Assembly: GCA_039933015.1 (NCBI GenBank)
Contig: JBDTOX010000163.1
Coordinates: 14,064-78,063 of the forward strand
Length of the DNA stretch: 64,000 nt
Direction: 5' to 3'
Source: Methylophilaceae bacterium
GTDB lineage: Bacteria; Pseudomonadota; Gammaproteobacteria; Burkholderiales; Methylophilaceae
Program-made: the position numbers and the translations under genes
The notes under the pieces: model-generated
The model's input: only the letters and a program-made list of their open reading frames with translations
Database searches by the model: none
What the model was told of the DNA's origin: nothing
In this document: piece by piece, positions 48,307 through 56,807 of the stretch
Layout: the number at the start of each line of letters is the position of its first letter
Numbering within the stretch: position 1 is the stretch's first letter

Positions 48307-49160
48307 GCAATTTTGACAGCCAGCGTTACCTCATGCGTCGTGTAACAAATGCGCTAGTACTCACCATTTCGGTACTGACAGTGGCTTTTGCCTTAGTCTT
48401 TCTGTTCTGGATATTGTGGACGTTATTCAGTCGTGGACTGAGTTACCTGAGTCCGAGCGTTTTCAGCGAGATGACACCCCCACCAGGCAATGCTGGCGGA
48501 CTGCTTAATGCCATTGTCGGCAGCCTTTACATGGTCCTGGTTGCTACCTTCATTGGTACGCCGGTTGGCGTGCTAGCCGGTACTTATCTTGCCGAATTTG
48601 GACGTACAGGCTGGCTCGCCCCAGCAACACGCTTCATTAACGACATCCTGCTTTCTGCACCATCTATTGTCATAGGCTTGTTTGTCTATGAGGTTGTCGT
48701 ACACCGGGTTGGGCATTTTTCCGGCTGGGCAGGCGCTCTGGCATTGGCGCTGATTGTCATTCCAGTAGTTGTACGTACGACCGAAAACATGTTGCAGCTA
48801 GTGCCCCATAATTTACGCGAGGCGGCAGCGGCGCTTGGCGCACCTCACTGGAAAGTAGTCATGATGATAGTCTACCGTGCCGCCAAAGCCGGCATGTTGA
48901 CTGGCATGCTATTAGCAATTGCCCGGATTAGCGGCGAAACAGCCCCACTACTCTTTACCGCATTGAACAACCAGTTCTGGAGCACCGATCTCAATGGACC
49001 CATGTCCAGCCTCTCCGTCGTGATATTCCAATTTGCCATGAGCCCCTATGAAGACTGGCAGCACCTTGCTTGGGCAGGGGCACTACTGATTACTCTATTT
49101 GTGCTTGGCCTGAACATCCTGGCACGCTCCCTCTTCCGCCGCGGCCCAGCCTCGAGCTAA
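48303..49160 (+). CDS. pstA: Phosphate ABC transporter permease PstA
   Basis: 285 aa. Overlaps pstC by 4 nt. Contains [24 protein letters not shown]. Confidence 0.94.
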   Translation: MSNFDSQRYLMRRVTNALVLTISVLTVAFALVFLFWILWTLFSRGLSYLSPSVFSEMTPPPGNAGGLLNAIVGSLYMVLVATFIGTPVGVLAGTYLAEFGRTGWLAPATRFINDILLSAPSIVIGLFVYEVVVHRVGHFSGWAGALALALIVIPVVVRTTENMLQLVPHNLREAAAALGAPHWKVVMMIVYRAAKAGMLTGMLLAIARISGETAPLLFTALNNQFWSTDLNGPMSSLSVVIFQFAMSPYEDWQHLAWAGALLITLFVLGLNILARSLFRRGPASS

Positions 49161-49172
49161 ACAGGACTTATC

Positions 49173-49943
49173 ATGACCGTAGAATCTTTTACTCCCAAAA
49201 TCGCCGCTAAAAACCTTAATTTCTACTACGGCAGTTTTCAAGCGCTAAAAAATATCAATTTAAGCATCCCCAGCGGCAAGGTCACTGCTTTTATTGGTCC
49301 TTCCGGCTGTGGCAAATCCACCTTGCTTCGTACCTTTAACCGCATGTACGAGCTATATCCTAAACTGCGTGCCGAGGGCGAAATCATGCTCGACGGCAAA
49401 AGCATTTTCGATACCGAACAGGATCTTAATCTGCTACGCGCCAAGATTGGCATGGTATTCCAGAAGCCGACGCCATTCCCAATGTCGATCTATGACAACA
49501 TTGCTTTTGGCATCAAGCTATATGAGCGCCTTTCCAAGGTTAAGCTGGATGAGCGCGTGGAATGGGCTTTAAAGAAAGCCGCCTTATGGAATGAAGTCAA
49601 AGATAAACTAGGGCAGAATGGCGCAAGCCTTTCTGGAGGCCAACAACAACGTCTATGCATTGCTCGCTGCATTGCCGTTAAACCTGACGTGCTACTCCTG
49701 GACGAGCCCTGTTCTGCATTAGACCCGATTTCTACAGCCCGTATCGAGGAATTGATTAACGAGCTAAAGTCTGAATACACCATAGTCATAGTGACTCACA
49801 ACATGCAACAGGCTGCCCGGGTATCCGACTCCACAGCTTATATGTATCTTGGAGAGCTGATTGAACATGATGATACTGACATAATTTTCACCCGCCCCTC
49901 CCGTAAAGAAACAGAAGATTACATTACTGGCAAATTTGGCTAA
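49173..49943 (+). CDS. pstB: Phosphate ABC transporter ATP-binding protein PstB
   Basis: 256 aa. Walker [10 protein letters not shown], signature [13 protein letters not shown] and Walker B LLLDEP. Confidence 0.96.
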   Translation: MTVESFTPKIAAKNLNFYYGSFQALKNINLSIPSGKVTAFIGPSGCGKSTLLRTFNRMYELYPKLRAEGEIMLDGKSIFDTEQDLNLLRAKIGMVFQKPTPFPMSIYDNIAFGIKLYERLSKVKLDERVEWALKKAALWNEVKDKLGQNGASLSGGQQQRLCIARCIAVKPDVLLLDEPCSALDPISTARIEELINELKSEYTIVIVTHNMQQAARVSDSTAYMYLGELIEHDDTDIIFTRPSRKETEDYITGKFG

Positions 49944-49989
49944 TTGAGGCCTGGTTAGCCAGCCTGGATAAATGAATGCTGGTTATAAA

Positions 49990-50021
49990 AATCCTCTAAA
50001 GAATCTTTAGGGGATTTTTTT
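49990..50021 (+). terminator. Rho-independent terminator after pstB
   Basis: AATCCTCTAAAG (49990..50001), loop AAT, CTTTAGGGGATT (50005..50016), then a T-run to 50021. One G.U pair. Confidence 0.75.
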
Positions 50022-50066
50022 GCTTAAACCTTTTGCACTGACAGAATGACGAATGTGCCCAGTTAT

Positions 50067-50561
50067 TTAAGCCTCACCAATTGCATCGATTTCTTGTTTG
50101 ATTTTCATTTTGTCTATCTTATGCAACGGCAATTCAGCGAATAGCTTGATACGGTTTTCAAGATCATTACAGATTCTGTGAAATGCGATGAGCTTCTCCG
50201 CATCTGAACCTTGCACTGCAACAGGGTCTTGTACCCCCCAATGCGCTGTCATAGGATGGCCTGGCCATATTGGGCACACCTCACCGACAGCATTGTCACA
50301 GACGGTAAAGATAAAATCCAGATACGGTGCGCCTTCAGCCGAAAATTCATTCCAGCTTTTGCTGCGGACACCATCCGTAGAAAGACCGCGTGCCTGCAAT
50401 GTTTGAATGGCAAATGGATGGACTTGGCCTGCAGGGTAACTTCCTGCGCTATAAGCCTTGAATCTGCCTTTACCCCAGTGCGCCATAAGCCTTTCTGCCA
50501 TGATGCTACGCGCTGAATTGCCTGTGCAAAGAAAAAGTACGTTGTAGGTCTTTTGTTCCAC
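50067..50561 (-). CDS. arsC: Arsenate reductase ArsC, LMW-PTP / thioredoxin-coupled type
   Basis: 164 aa. CX5R loop VLFLCTGNSARSIMAE and the downstream cysteine pair CDNAVGEVCP. Confidence 0.9.
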   Translation of the reverse strand: MEQKTYNVLFLCTGNSARSIMAERLMAHWGKGRFKAYSAGSYPAGQVHPFAIQTLQARGLSTDGVRSKSWNEFSAEGAPYLDFIFTVCDNAVGEVCPIWPGHPMTAHWGVQDPVAVQGSDAEKLIAFHRICNDLENRIKLFAELPLHKIDKMKIKQEIDAIGEA

Positions 50562-50591
50562 GATAATTTCCAGTGATTGGTTAGAGCGTAA

Positions 50592-50874
50592 TCAGGGTGC
50601 GCAGCAACTCTTGATAGCTATCATCTTGCGGCTGCTGGATATACGTGGCGTTTCTCAGCTTTGCATGACATCTCCGCCATATACAGCGCTCTCTCCAAAT
50701 GAGTGAAAAGTTTCCCTAGCGATACCAGCGGGGTCAGTCGCCCAAGCCTTTTGCGAATTGGCATAACAGCAAGTCGTGGCGTTCTGCTCAAGATTCAGCG
50801 CCAAACAATGTGTTATAAAATCGCAGGGATGCTGCGATATCAGTCACAGATCCATGCACATGAAAACGTTTCAT
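50592..50874 (-). pseudogene. Decayed ArsI-like / VOC (glyoxalase-fold) gene: N-terminal 28 codons, then stop, frameshift and internal deletion
   Basis: My minus-strand translation reads ATG 50874 MKRFHVHGSVTDIAASLRFYNTLFGAES*. In the +1 frame it continues LNLEQNATTCCYANSQKAWATDPAGIARETFHSFGESAVYGGDVMQS*ETPRISSSRKMIAIKSCCAP*. The two ends resemble the N- and C-terminal parts of ars-operon VOC/ArsI proteins, including the vicinal CC. The middle (roughly 60 aa) is missing. Confidence 0.6.
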
Positions 50875-50879
50875 GATGA

Positions 50880-51233
50880 CTACGTAAATTCAGTCGTCTC
50901 AGGCATGACAGGACTACAACATGCTTCCGTTGGCAGACATGGTTCCGATGAGCCTTGGCAACAGTTCTCCGTTAGATACCCAATCAAGCCATTCATCGTA
51001 CCGTAATTCGCCATATGCATAATCTGGGTGCCTTTACGCAGGGTGCTGACCAAGCTTGCCTGCTTAAGCTGTTGCAGGTGAAACGACAGGGTGGCATTGG
51101 AGATACCCAATTGTTCACCTATTTTGCCAGCAGGCATTCCGGCTTCACCAGCTTGGACAAGCAACCGGAAAATATCTAATCGGCTTGCATGTGCCAGTGC
51201 ATCCAGTGCCGCAATTGCGATTTGTCTTTCCAT
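50880..51233 (-). CDS. arsR: ArsR-family metalloregulator with C-terminal cysteine cluster
   Basis: ATG at 51233 (MERQIAIAALDALAHASRLDIFRLL..; ORF track extends to 51272). Winged HTH GKIGEQLGISNATLSFHLQQLKQASLV. It has no CVC in helix 3 but does have a C-terminal ENCCQGSSEPC..ACC. Confidence 0.85.
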   Translation of the reverse strand: MERQIAIAALDALAHASRLDIFRLLVQAGEAGMPAGKIGEQLGISNATLSFHLQQLKQASLVSTLRKGTQIMHMANYGTMNGLIGYLTENCCQGSSEPCLPTEACCSPVMPETTEFT

Positions 51234-51288
51234 ATTTCTAGTTTTATGGAAATACAAGCGCCTGTCAAACATTTTTATGTGTCAATCC

Positions 51289-52392
51289 ATGAGTACCCAA
51301 TGTGAAATCATCGTCGAACTACCGGCTGAGAAGAAAATAGGAATCTTCGAGCGTTATTTAACTTTATGGGTGTGTATTTGCATTGGGCTCGGCATTGGGC
51401 TTGGCCACATGCTGCCGGGCAGCTTTCAAACGCTTGGTCGGATGAAAGTGGCCGAGGTAAACCTGCCTGTGGCCATGCTGGTTTGGCTGATGATTATCCC
51501 CATGCTCATCAAAATTAACTTTCATGCACTTGCTGATGTAAAGCAGCACTGGAAAGGCATAGGCGTCACCCTCTTCATTAACTGGGCGGTTAAACCATTC
51601 TCAATGGCTTTTCTGGGCTGGCTGTTTATTCGGGTGTTGTTTACTGACTGGCTGCCAGTAGCGCAAGTTGATTCTTATATTGCAGGACTCATTCTGCTGG
51701 CAGCAGCACCCTGCACTGCAATGGTATTTGTCTGGAGCAATTTGTCTGAAGGTGACCCACATTTCACCCTGAGCCAGGTGGCCTTGAACGATATCATCAT
51801 GATATTTGCATTTGCCCCTATCGTTGCTTTATTGCTAGGGCTGTCATCTATCACTATTCCATGGGAAACATTGCTGCTTTCGGTGCTGCTCTATATCGTG
51901 ATTCCAGTAATCGTTAGCCAGGTGCTGCGCAAAGTGCTACTAGAGGGCGGCGGCGAACAATCACTAAAAAGATTATTAGGTGTCTTGCAACCACTATCAC
52001 TCATGTCCTTACTAGCCACTTTGATACTGCTGTTTGGTTTTCAGGGTAAGCAGATCATTGCACAACCAACGGTGATTGCATTGTTGGCGATCCCCATCCT
52101 TATTCAAGTCTATTTCAATTCCGGGCTGGCTTACTGGCTTAACCGCAAGCTGGGGGTCGCCCATTGCGTGGCAGGCCCCTCGGCATTGATCGGGGCGAGT
52201 AATTTTTTTGAACTGGCTGTTGCCAGCGCTGTGAGCTTATTTGGCCTGAATTCCGGCGCAGCCTTGGCGACCGTAGTTGGTGTGCTGATTGAAGTACCGG
52301 TGATGTTATCGGTCGTGTATCTAGTCACCAAATCGAAACGATGGTATGAAAAAGACCACAAAACTCTCCAAACTCCACTCCGTGATGCGTGA
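51289..52392 (+). CDS. acr3: ACR3-family arsenite efflux permease
   Basis: Start MSTQCEIIVELPAEKKIGIFERYLTLWV (ATG 51289; ATG 51277 is also possible). The ORF-track N-terminal extension from 51091 overlaps arsR and is not credible. A 10-TM ACR3 pattern is present (LLAAAPCTAMVFVWS). Confidence 0.88.
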   Translation: MSTQCEIIVELPAEKKIGIFERYLTLWVCICIGLGIGLGHMLPGSFQTLGRMKVAEVNLPVAMLVWLMIIPMLIKINFHALADVKQHWKGIGVTLFINWAVKPFSMAFLGWLFIRVLFTDWLPVAQVDSYIAGLILLAAAPCTAMVFVWSNLSEGDPHFTLSQVALNDIIMIFAFAPIVALLLGLSSITIPWETLLLSVLLYIVIPVIVSQVLRKVLLEGGGEQSLKRLLGVLQPLSLMSLLATLILLFGFQGKQIIAQPTVIALLAIPILIQVYFNSGLAYWLNRKLGVAHCVAGPSALIGASNFFELAVASAVSLFGLNSGAALATVVGVLIEVPVMLSVVYLVTKSKRWYEKDHKTLQTPLRDA

Positions 52393-52494
52393 CTTTGAAT
52401 GGAGTCCAGCATTTACCATGCAGCTAATGAGTGCCAGAGAATATCTGCCTCGAAGGTAATTAAATACCTCGACTTTTATTGGACATACTCTCGC

Positions 52495-53010
52495 TTAATT
52501 CATTAATTTTTGTTCAATCACATGCTGGTAAAAATGCGCCATGTGCTCAGCCTGGGCACGTGAAGTCCAGCGCTGCATGACATAGCTTGTTGCCGACTCG
52601 CCTAATTTCCTGCGTTTCTTTGCGTCACTCAGCAAGCTGAATGCCCGGTCGGCAAATATAGACTCGTTGTCAGGGGCAATCAACGCACCCGTACCTTCAA
52701 TCAATATGGACTGGGTATCCAATTCAGCCAGCGCAACCACCGGCAAGCCTTGCGCCACACTATAACGCATGAGTCTATCTTCGGGATCAAAGTAGATGGC
52801 GCGGGCGGGGATGCGCTTAATCCAATGTTCATCTTCTGTGGCCATGCCGTAATCAGGTGCAATCAGATGCACCTCATGCCCCATTTCTTGCAACTGACCG
52901 ACAAAAGTACGGACGGAAGTGGAAACCCCATTGATACGGAGGAAATACACATCGGAAATAAATAGTATCTTCACGCGCTTCCTCTTGTAAGTGGAAAGAA
53001 GCGCCGCCAT
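52495..53010 (-). pseudogene. GT4-family glycosyltransferase remnant with large in-frame internal deletion
   Basis: The 171-aa ORF joins a GT4-like N-terminus (VKILFISDVYFLRINGVSTSVRTF..GHEVHLIAPDY..RIPARAIYFDPEDRLM) directly to a GT4-like C-terminus (GLPVVALAELDTQSILIEGTGALIAPDNESIFADRAFSLLSD..). Full-length relatives are about 380-400 aa. The junction lies near 52755..52770. Confidence 0.5.
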
Positions 53011-53109
53011 CGCGGTCGCTTGCCCTTACGGCTAATGAGGCATGCTAGCGATCGAAATGGGTATGATGTGAATGGCACTCGCCTGCAACATAGCTGCTGT
53101 GTGCTGCAT

Positions 53110-53496
53110 CTAGCTGAAAATCAGCAAGCTCCAAACTGCAATCAGGTTGAGCAGGCTGAGCAAAACCGCTGCGCTGCCAATATCTTTGGCACGCTTGGCA
53201 AGGTCATGGCTTTCCAGAGAAATGCGATCGACCGTTGCTTCGATCGATGAATTCAGCAGCTCGACGATGATCACCAGCATGACGCTGCCTATCATCAATG
53301 CCCGTGCAATAGCGGTATCACCCAGATAGATAGCCAGCGGAACTAGCACCATGGCCATGAACACTTCCTGACGAAAAGCATCTTCATGCTGGTATGCCGC
53401 TTTGATGCCAGCCATGGAATAGCCGAATGCATTTAACAATCGGCGCAAGCCGGTTTTACCTTTGTGCGGGCTTTGCTCGTTGAATTGGTTTTCCAT
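53110..53496 (-). CDS. dgkA: Diacylglycerol kinase DgkA
   Basis: 128 aa, three TM segments. Contains AFRQEVFMAMVLVPLA, IVELLNSSIEATVDRIS and AKDIGSAAVLLSL. Confidence 0.92.
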   Translation of the reverse strand: MENQFNEQSPHKGKTGLRRLLNAFGYSMAGIKAAYQHEDAFRQEVFMAMVLVPLAIYLGDTAIARALMIGSVMLVIIVELLNSSIEATVDRISLESHDLAKRAKDIGSAAVLLSLLNLIAVWSLLIFS

Positions 53497-53778
53497 GCAC
53501 GTCCCTAATTTAAGTCCCGCATATTGTAAGTGACTGAATCAGGGCCGAAGTATACCAAACCCATACTTACCACGCCGCCCATCACAGTAAGATCATAGCC
53601 TTATCACATGGGATTCATGGTACTAGAGTAAATTGCACGGCATGAAGATGAGCCCGCATCTGCAACGCGCCATCAAACGCTTTCCTGAACTCGTCATGGC
53701 TGGGGCCTGTCTGCCTGACCTGGCGATTGTTTCCCCGGACTTGCACCATACGCGTCATTGGGAAAACGCACACAACTA

Positions 53779-54300
53779 TTAGATAGCGAAAGAAACGCTG
53801 GCAATCAAAAGTCCGATCAGGGCACCAGCGAGCACATCACTTGGGTAATGCAAGCCTAAAATCACGCGCGACATGGCGACCATGAAGGTAAAAGGGAGCA
53901 ATATCCACGCAAGCATCGGGTAATACACCAACGCCACCGAGCAAAACGCCACGGCATGCAAGGTATGGCCAGAAGGGAAGCTGAGTCGGCCCAGTGGTGT
54001 ACCTGTGAGCCAGATATCCCGATGAATCTCATAAGGACGCGGGCGCGAGGTCTTTCCCTTTAGCCACTTGTAGAGCAAGGTGCCAAAAAGCCCGACTAAT
54101 ATCATGTGCAGGCAAGGCAATAATCCGGCTAGGCCCTGGGTAAGCCATATTCCCAGCATTACCGCATACCAGAATACGCCATCGCCATGACGGCTGACCA
54201 AACGAAAGCACAAGCGCACCCAGCGATAGTGACTGACTCGGTTCACCCGCAGACAAAGCGCACTATCCAGCTCGTTAAAACGGCGCAGATACAAACGCAT
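53779..54300 (-). CDS. PAP2-family (phosphatidic acid / undecaprenyl-PP type) phosphatase
   Basis: 173 aa membrane protein. PAP2 motifs KGKTSRPRP, PSGHT and SRVILGLHYPSDVLAG are present. Confidence 0.85.
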   Translation of the reverse strand: MRLYLRRFNELDSALCLRVNRVSHYRWVRLCFRLVSRHGDGVFWYAVMLGIWLTQGLAGLLPCLHMILVGLFGTLLYKWLKGKTSRPRPYEIHRDIWLTGTPLGRLSFPSGHTLHAVAFCSVALVYYPMLAWILLPFTFMVAMSRVILGLHYPSDVLAGALIGLLIASVSFAI

Positions 54301-54487
54301 TTTATGCGGGCATGATGACCTCCCTGGCGATATTCGCGTTGCAGGGCCTCAAAGGCTAGGCAGCATGCACTACATAAATGGTTGCTCATGCATACAGGAT
54401 TGCACGTCAACGTGACACAACAATGAAGTCTTCAAAAGCAGTGGATGCCAGCTGTTAAGTGTGAGTACACAGCATTTTGATGAATAC

Positions 54488-55846
54488 TTAGGCAGCAGCT
54501 TTTCTCACCGTGTCGGCGATACGCTCAGCCAGACTTTGCACCTGTTCGCGCGAGCGCCCTTCCACCATGACGCGGATTTTTGGCTCCGTCCCGGAGGGAC
54601 GCAATAATACGCGACCGCTGCCATTAAGTTCTTTTTCGGCAGCTTTCACCGCATCCTGCACTGCTTCATTCCCATCCAGGTTGATGCGCTGCTGGACCTT
54701 CACATTGACCAGCACCTGCGGATACAAGGAAAGACCGGCACCCAGTTCAGCCAGTGACTGATTGCCGGCACGCAAAGCGTGCAATACCTGCAATGCCGCT
54801 ATAATTCCATCTCCGCTGCTGTGCTTATCCAGGCACAGAATATGACCAGAATTTTCCCCGCCTACCTGCCAGCCATGCTCATTGAGCAGCTCCAGCACGT
54901 AACGGTCACCAACCTTGGCCCGAATAAAAGGAATATTAGCCTTGGCTAAAGCATGCTCGAGTGCCAAATTGGTCATTAGCGTGCCTACCACTCCACCTGC
55001 CAGTTTGCCCCGCTGTTGACGGTGCATGGCAATGATATACAGCAGTTGATCGCCATCCAGTAGCTGGCCGTCTCCATCCACCACCATAACGCGATCACCG
55101 TCACCATCGAAAGCAATACCGAGGTCAGCTTTATGCTCGATTACCGCATTGCATAGTGCTTGCGGATGGGTGGAGCCACATTCATGATTGATATTGAGAC
55201 CATCGGGCTGATTGCCTATGACGACAATTTCGGCACCCAGCTCATGAAATACTGGCGGTGCCACGTGATAAGTCGCGCCATGTGCACAGTCCAGCACAAT
55301 TTTCAGGCCACGCAAATCCAAGGCATGGGGGAACGTGCTTTTGCAGAATTCAATATAACGTCCAGCCGCATCATTAATGCGGCGGGCCTTACCCAGCTTG
55401 GATGGACTCATTACTTGCATGGGACGGTCCAACTCCGCTTCAATCGCGTGCTCAATGTCGTCGGCCAGTTTCGTGCCTTCGGCGGAAAAGAATTTAATGC
55501 CGTTATCCTCAAATGGGTTATGCGAAGCCGAAATAACAACCCCAGCTTGAGCACGTAAGGCGCGCGTGAGATAAGCTACAGCGGGCGTAGGCATGGGGCC
55601 GGTTAGCAACACATCGACACCGGCGGCCGACAGGCCGGCTTGCAAAGCCGATTCCAGCATATAGCCGGAAATTCGCGTATCTTTGCCAATTAACACGGCA
55701 GGATGCGCTCCCTGCCCCAGATGACTATCAATATTCGTCAATACACGTCCTGCGGCATAGCCCAGACGCATGACGAAGTCTGGCGTGATAGGCGCTTCGC
55801 CCACGCGTCCACGGATGCCATCGGTACCGAAATATTTTCTACTCAT
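54488..55846 (-). CDS. glmM: Phosphoglucosamine mutase GlmM
   Basis: 452 aa. Contains [13 protein letters not shown], the active-site motif [22 protein letters not shown] and RPSGTEP. Confidence 0.96.
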   Translation of the reverse strand: MSRKYFGTDGIRGRVGEAPITPDFVMRLGYAAGRVLTNIDSHLGQGAHPAVLIGKDTRISGYMLESALQAGLSAAGVDVLLTGPMPTPAVAYLTRALRAQAGVVISASHNPFEDNGIKFFSAEGTKLADDIEHAIEAELDRPMQVMSPSKLGKARRINDAAGRYIEFCKSTFPHALDLRGLKIVLDCAHGATYHVAPPVFHELGAEIVVIGNQPDGLNINHECGSTHPQALCNAVIEHKADLGIAFDGDGDRVMVVDGDGQLLDGDQLLYIIAMHRQQRGKLAGGVVGTLMTNLALEHALAKANIPFIRAKVGDRYVLELLNEHGWQVGGENSGHILCLDKHSSGDGIIAALQVLHALRAGNQSLAELGAGLSLYPQVLVNVKVQQRINLDGNEAVQDAVKAAEKELNGSGRVLLRPSGTEPKIRVMVEGRSREQVQSLAERIADTVRKAAA

Positions 55847-55862
55847 TTTTTACTTTTAAAAT

Positions 55863-56702
55863 TTATTCAGATAAAACTGCTGTGACCACTTTAAGGGCAT
55901 CAACAGTGGCTTTTACATCATGTACACGGATGATTCTAGCGCCTTTCATGGCAGATATCACTGAAGCCGCGATACTGGCATGCAGACGCACATCAACATC
56001 TGCACCAACGATATTTCCCAGCACTGATTTGCGTGAGAGCCCCACCAGCAAAGGACGCCCCAAATCGACAATACACTGCAATTGCTGTAACAGCGCCAGA
56101 TTATGCACGGTGCGCTTGCCAAAGCCGAATCCAGGATCGAGCACTATGCGATCAGCAGTAATGCCCGCCGCCTGCACTGATGCCAGGCGTTCGCTCAAAA
56201 ATCTTGTGACTTCTGCCACCACGTCATCGTAGCGCGGAGCCAACTGCATGGTCTGGGGCGTGCCTTGCATGTGCATCAGGCAGACGCCTGCATTGCTTAG
56301 CGCCACGATCTCCAGCGCGCCGGTTTCCTGTAGCGCACGCACATCGTTCACCATGTCCGCACCTGCAGCAATTGCAGCCCGCATCACTTCAGGCTTGTAG
56401 GTATCGATAGATAAAGGCACTGTGGCTATCTTTGATAACTGTTCTATAACAGGCACCACACGCTTAAGCTCATTTTCCAGGCTTACAGGCGTAGCACCTG
56501 GCCGTGTGGATTCGCCGCCGATATCGAGGATGTCAGCACCCTCCTCTATGAGCGCCAGCCCATGCTGGACGGCTTTTTCCGTGGACTCATACTTGCCGCC
56601 GTCAGAAAAAGAATCCGGGGTAACATTCACAATACCCATTACATGCGGACGCGAGAGGTCTAGCTGATATCTACCGCACAGGAATTTCAACAAATGGGTC
56701 AT
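55863..56702 (-). CDS. folP: Dihydropteroate synthase FolP
   Basis: 279 aa. Contains VMGIVNVTPDSFSDGG, ILDIGGESTRPGA, NDV and DPGFGFGK. Confidence 0.95.
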   Translation of the reverse strand: MTHLLKFLCGRYQLDLSRPHVMGIVNVTPDSFSDGGKYESTEKAVQHGLALIEEGADILDIGGESTRPGATPVSLENELKRVVPVIEQLSKIATVPLSIDTYKPEVMRAAIAAGADMVNDVRALQETGALEIVALSNAGVCLMHMQGTPQTMQLAPRYDDVVAEVTRFLSERLASVQAAGITADRIVLDPGFGFGKRTVHNLALLQQLQCIVDLGRPLLVGLSRKSVLGNIVGADVDVRLHASIAASVISAMKGARIIRVHDVKATVDALKVVTAVLSE

Positions 56703-56807
56703 AGCATGGAATTAAGCCACATTAGTAATTAAGCCACGCAGACCGAGCGCTTTCAGGGTGCTCATCTAACGTGGCTTCGTTATCTGACTACAATCAGAGT
56801 TATTTAA

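Noticed and set aside
50650-50652. An in-frame TGA inside the arsI-like remnant (..VYGGDVMQS*ETPRISS..), considered as a possible selenocysteine or read-through codon.
   Set aside because: The gene also carries a frameshift and a large internal deletion. No SECIS-like hairpin is evident immediately downstream, and the family is not known to me as a selenoprotein family. A nonsense mutation in a pseudogene is the simpler explanation.
50776-51006. A 76-aa + strand ORF spanning the arsR 3' end and the arsI-like remnant.
   Set aside because: It is antisense to arsR and to the remnant and has no motifs. It is explained by the opposite-strand coding sequences.
53642-53782. A 46-codon + strand ORF (MKMSPHLQRAIKRFPELVMAGACLPDLAIVSPDLHHTRHWENAHNY) in the otherwise empty 282-nt dgkA-PAP2 spacer. 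It may be the N-terminal remnant of a larger gene; the GAxxPD...H pattern is reminiscent of zinc phospholipase-C-like proteins.
   Set aside because: It is too short, has no clear RBS, and the family resemblance rests on a vague recalled pattern. It cannot be supported without a blastx search. It is worth a quick check only because two other decayed genes lie nearby.
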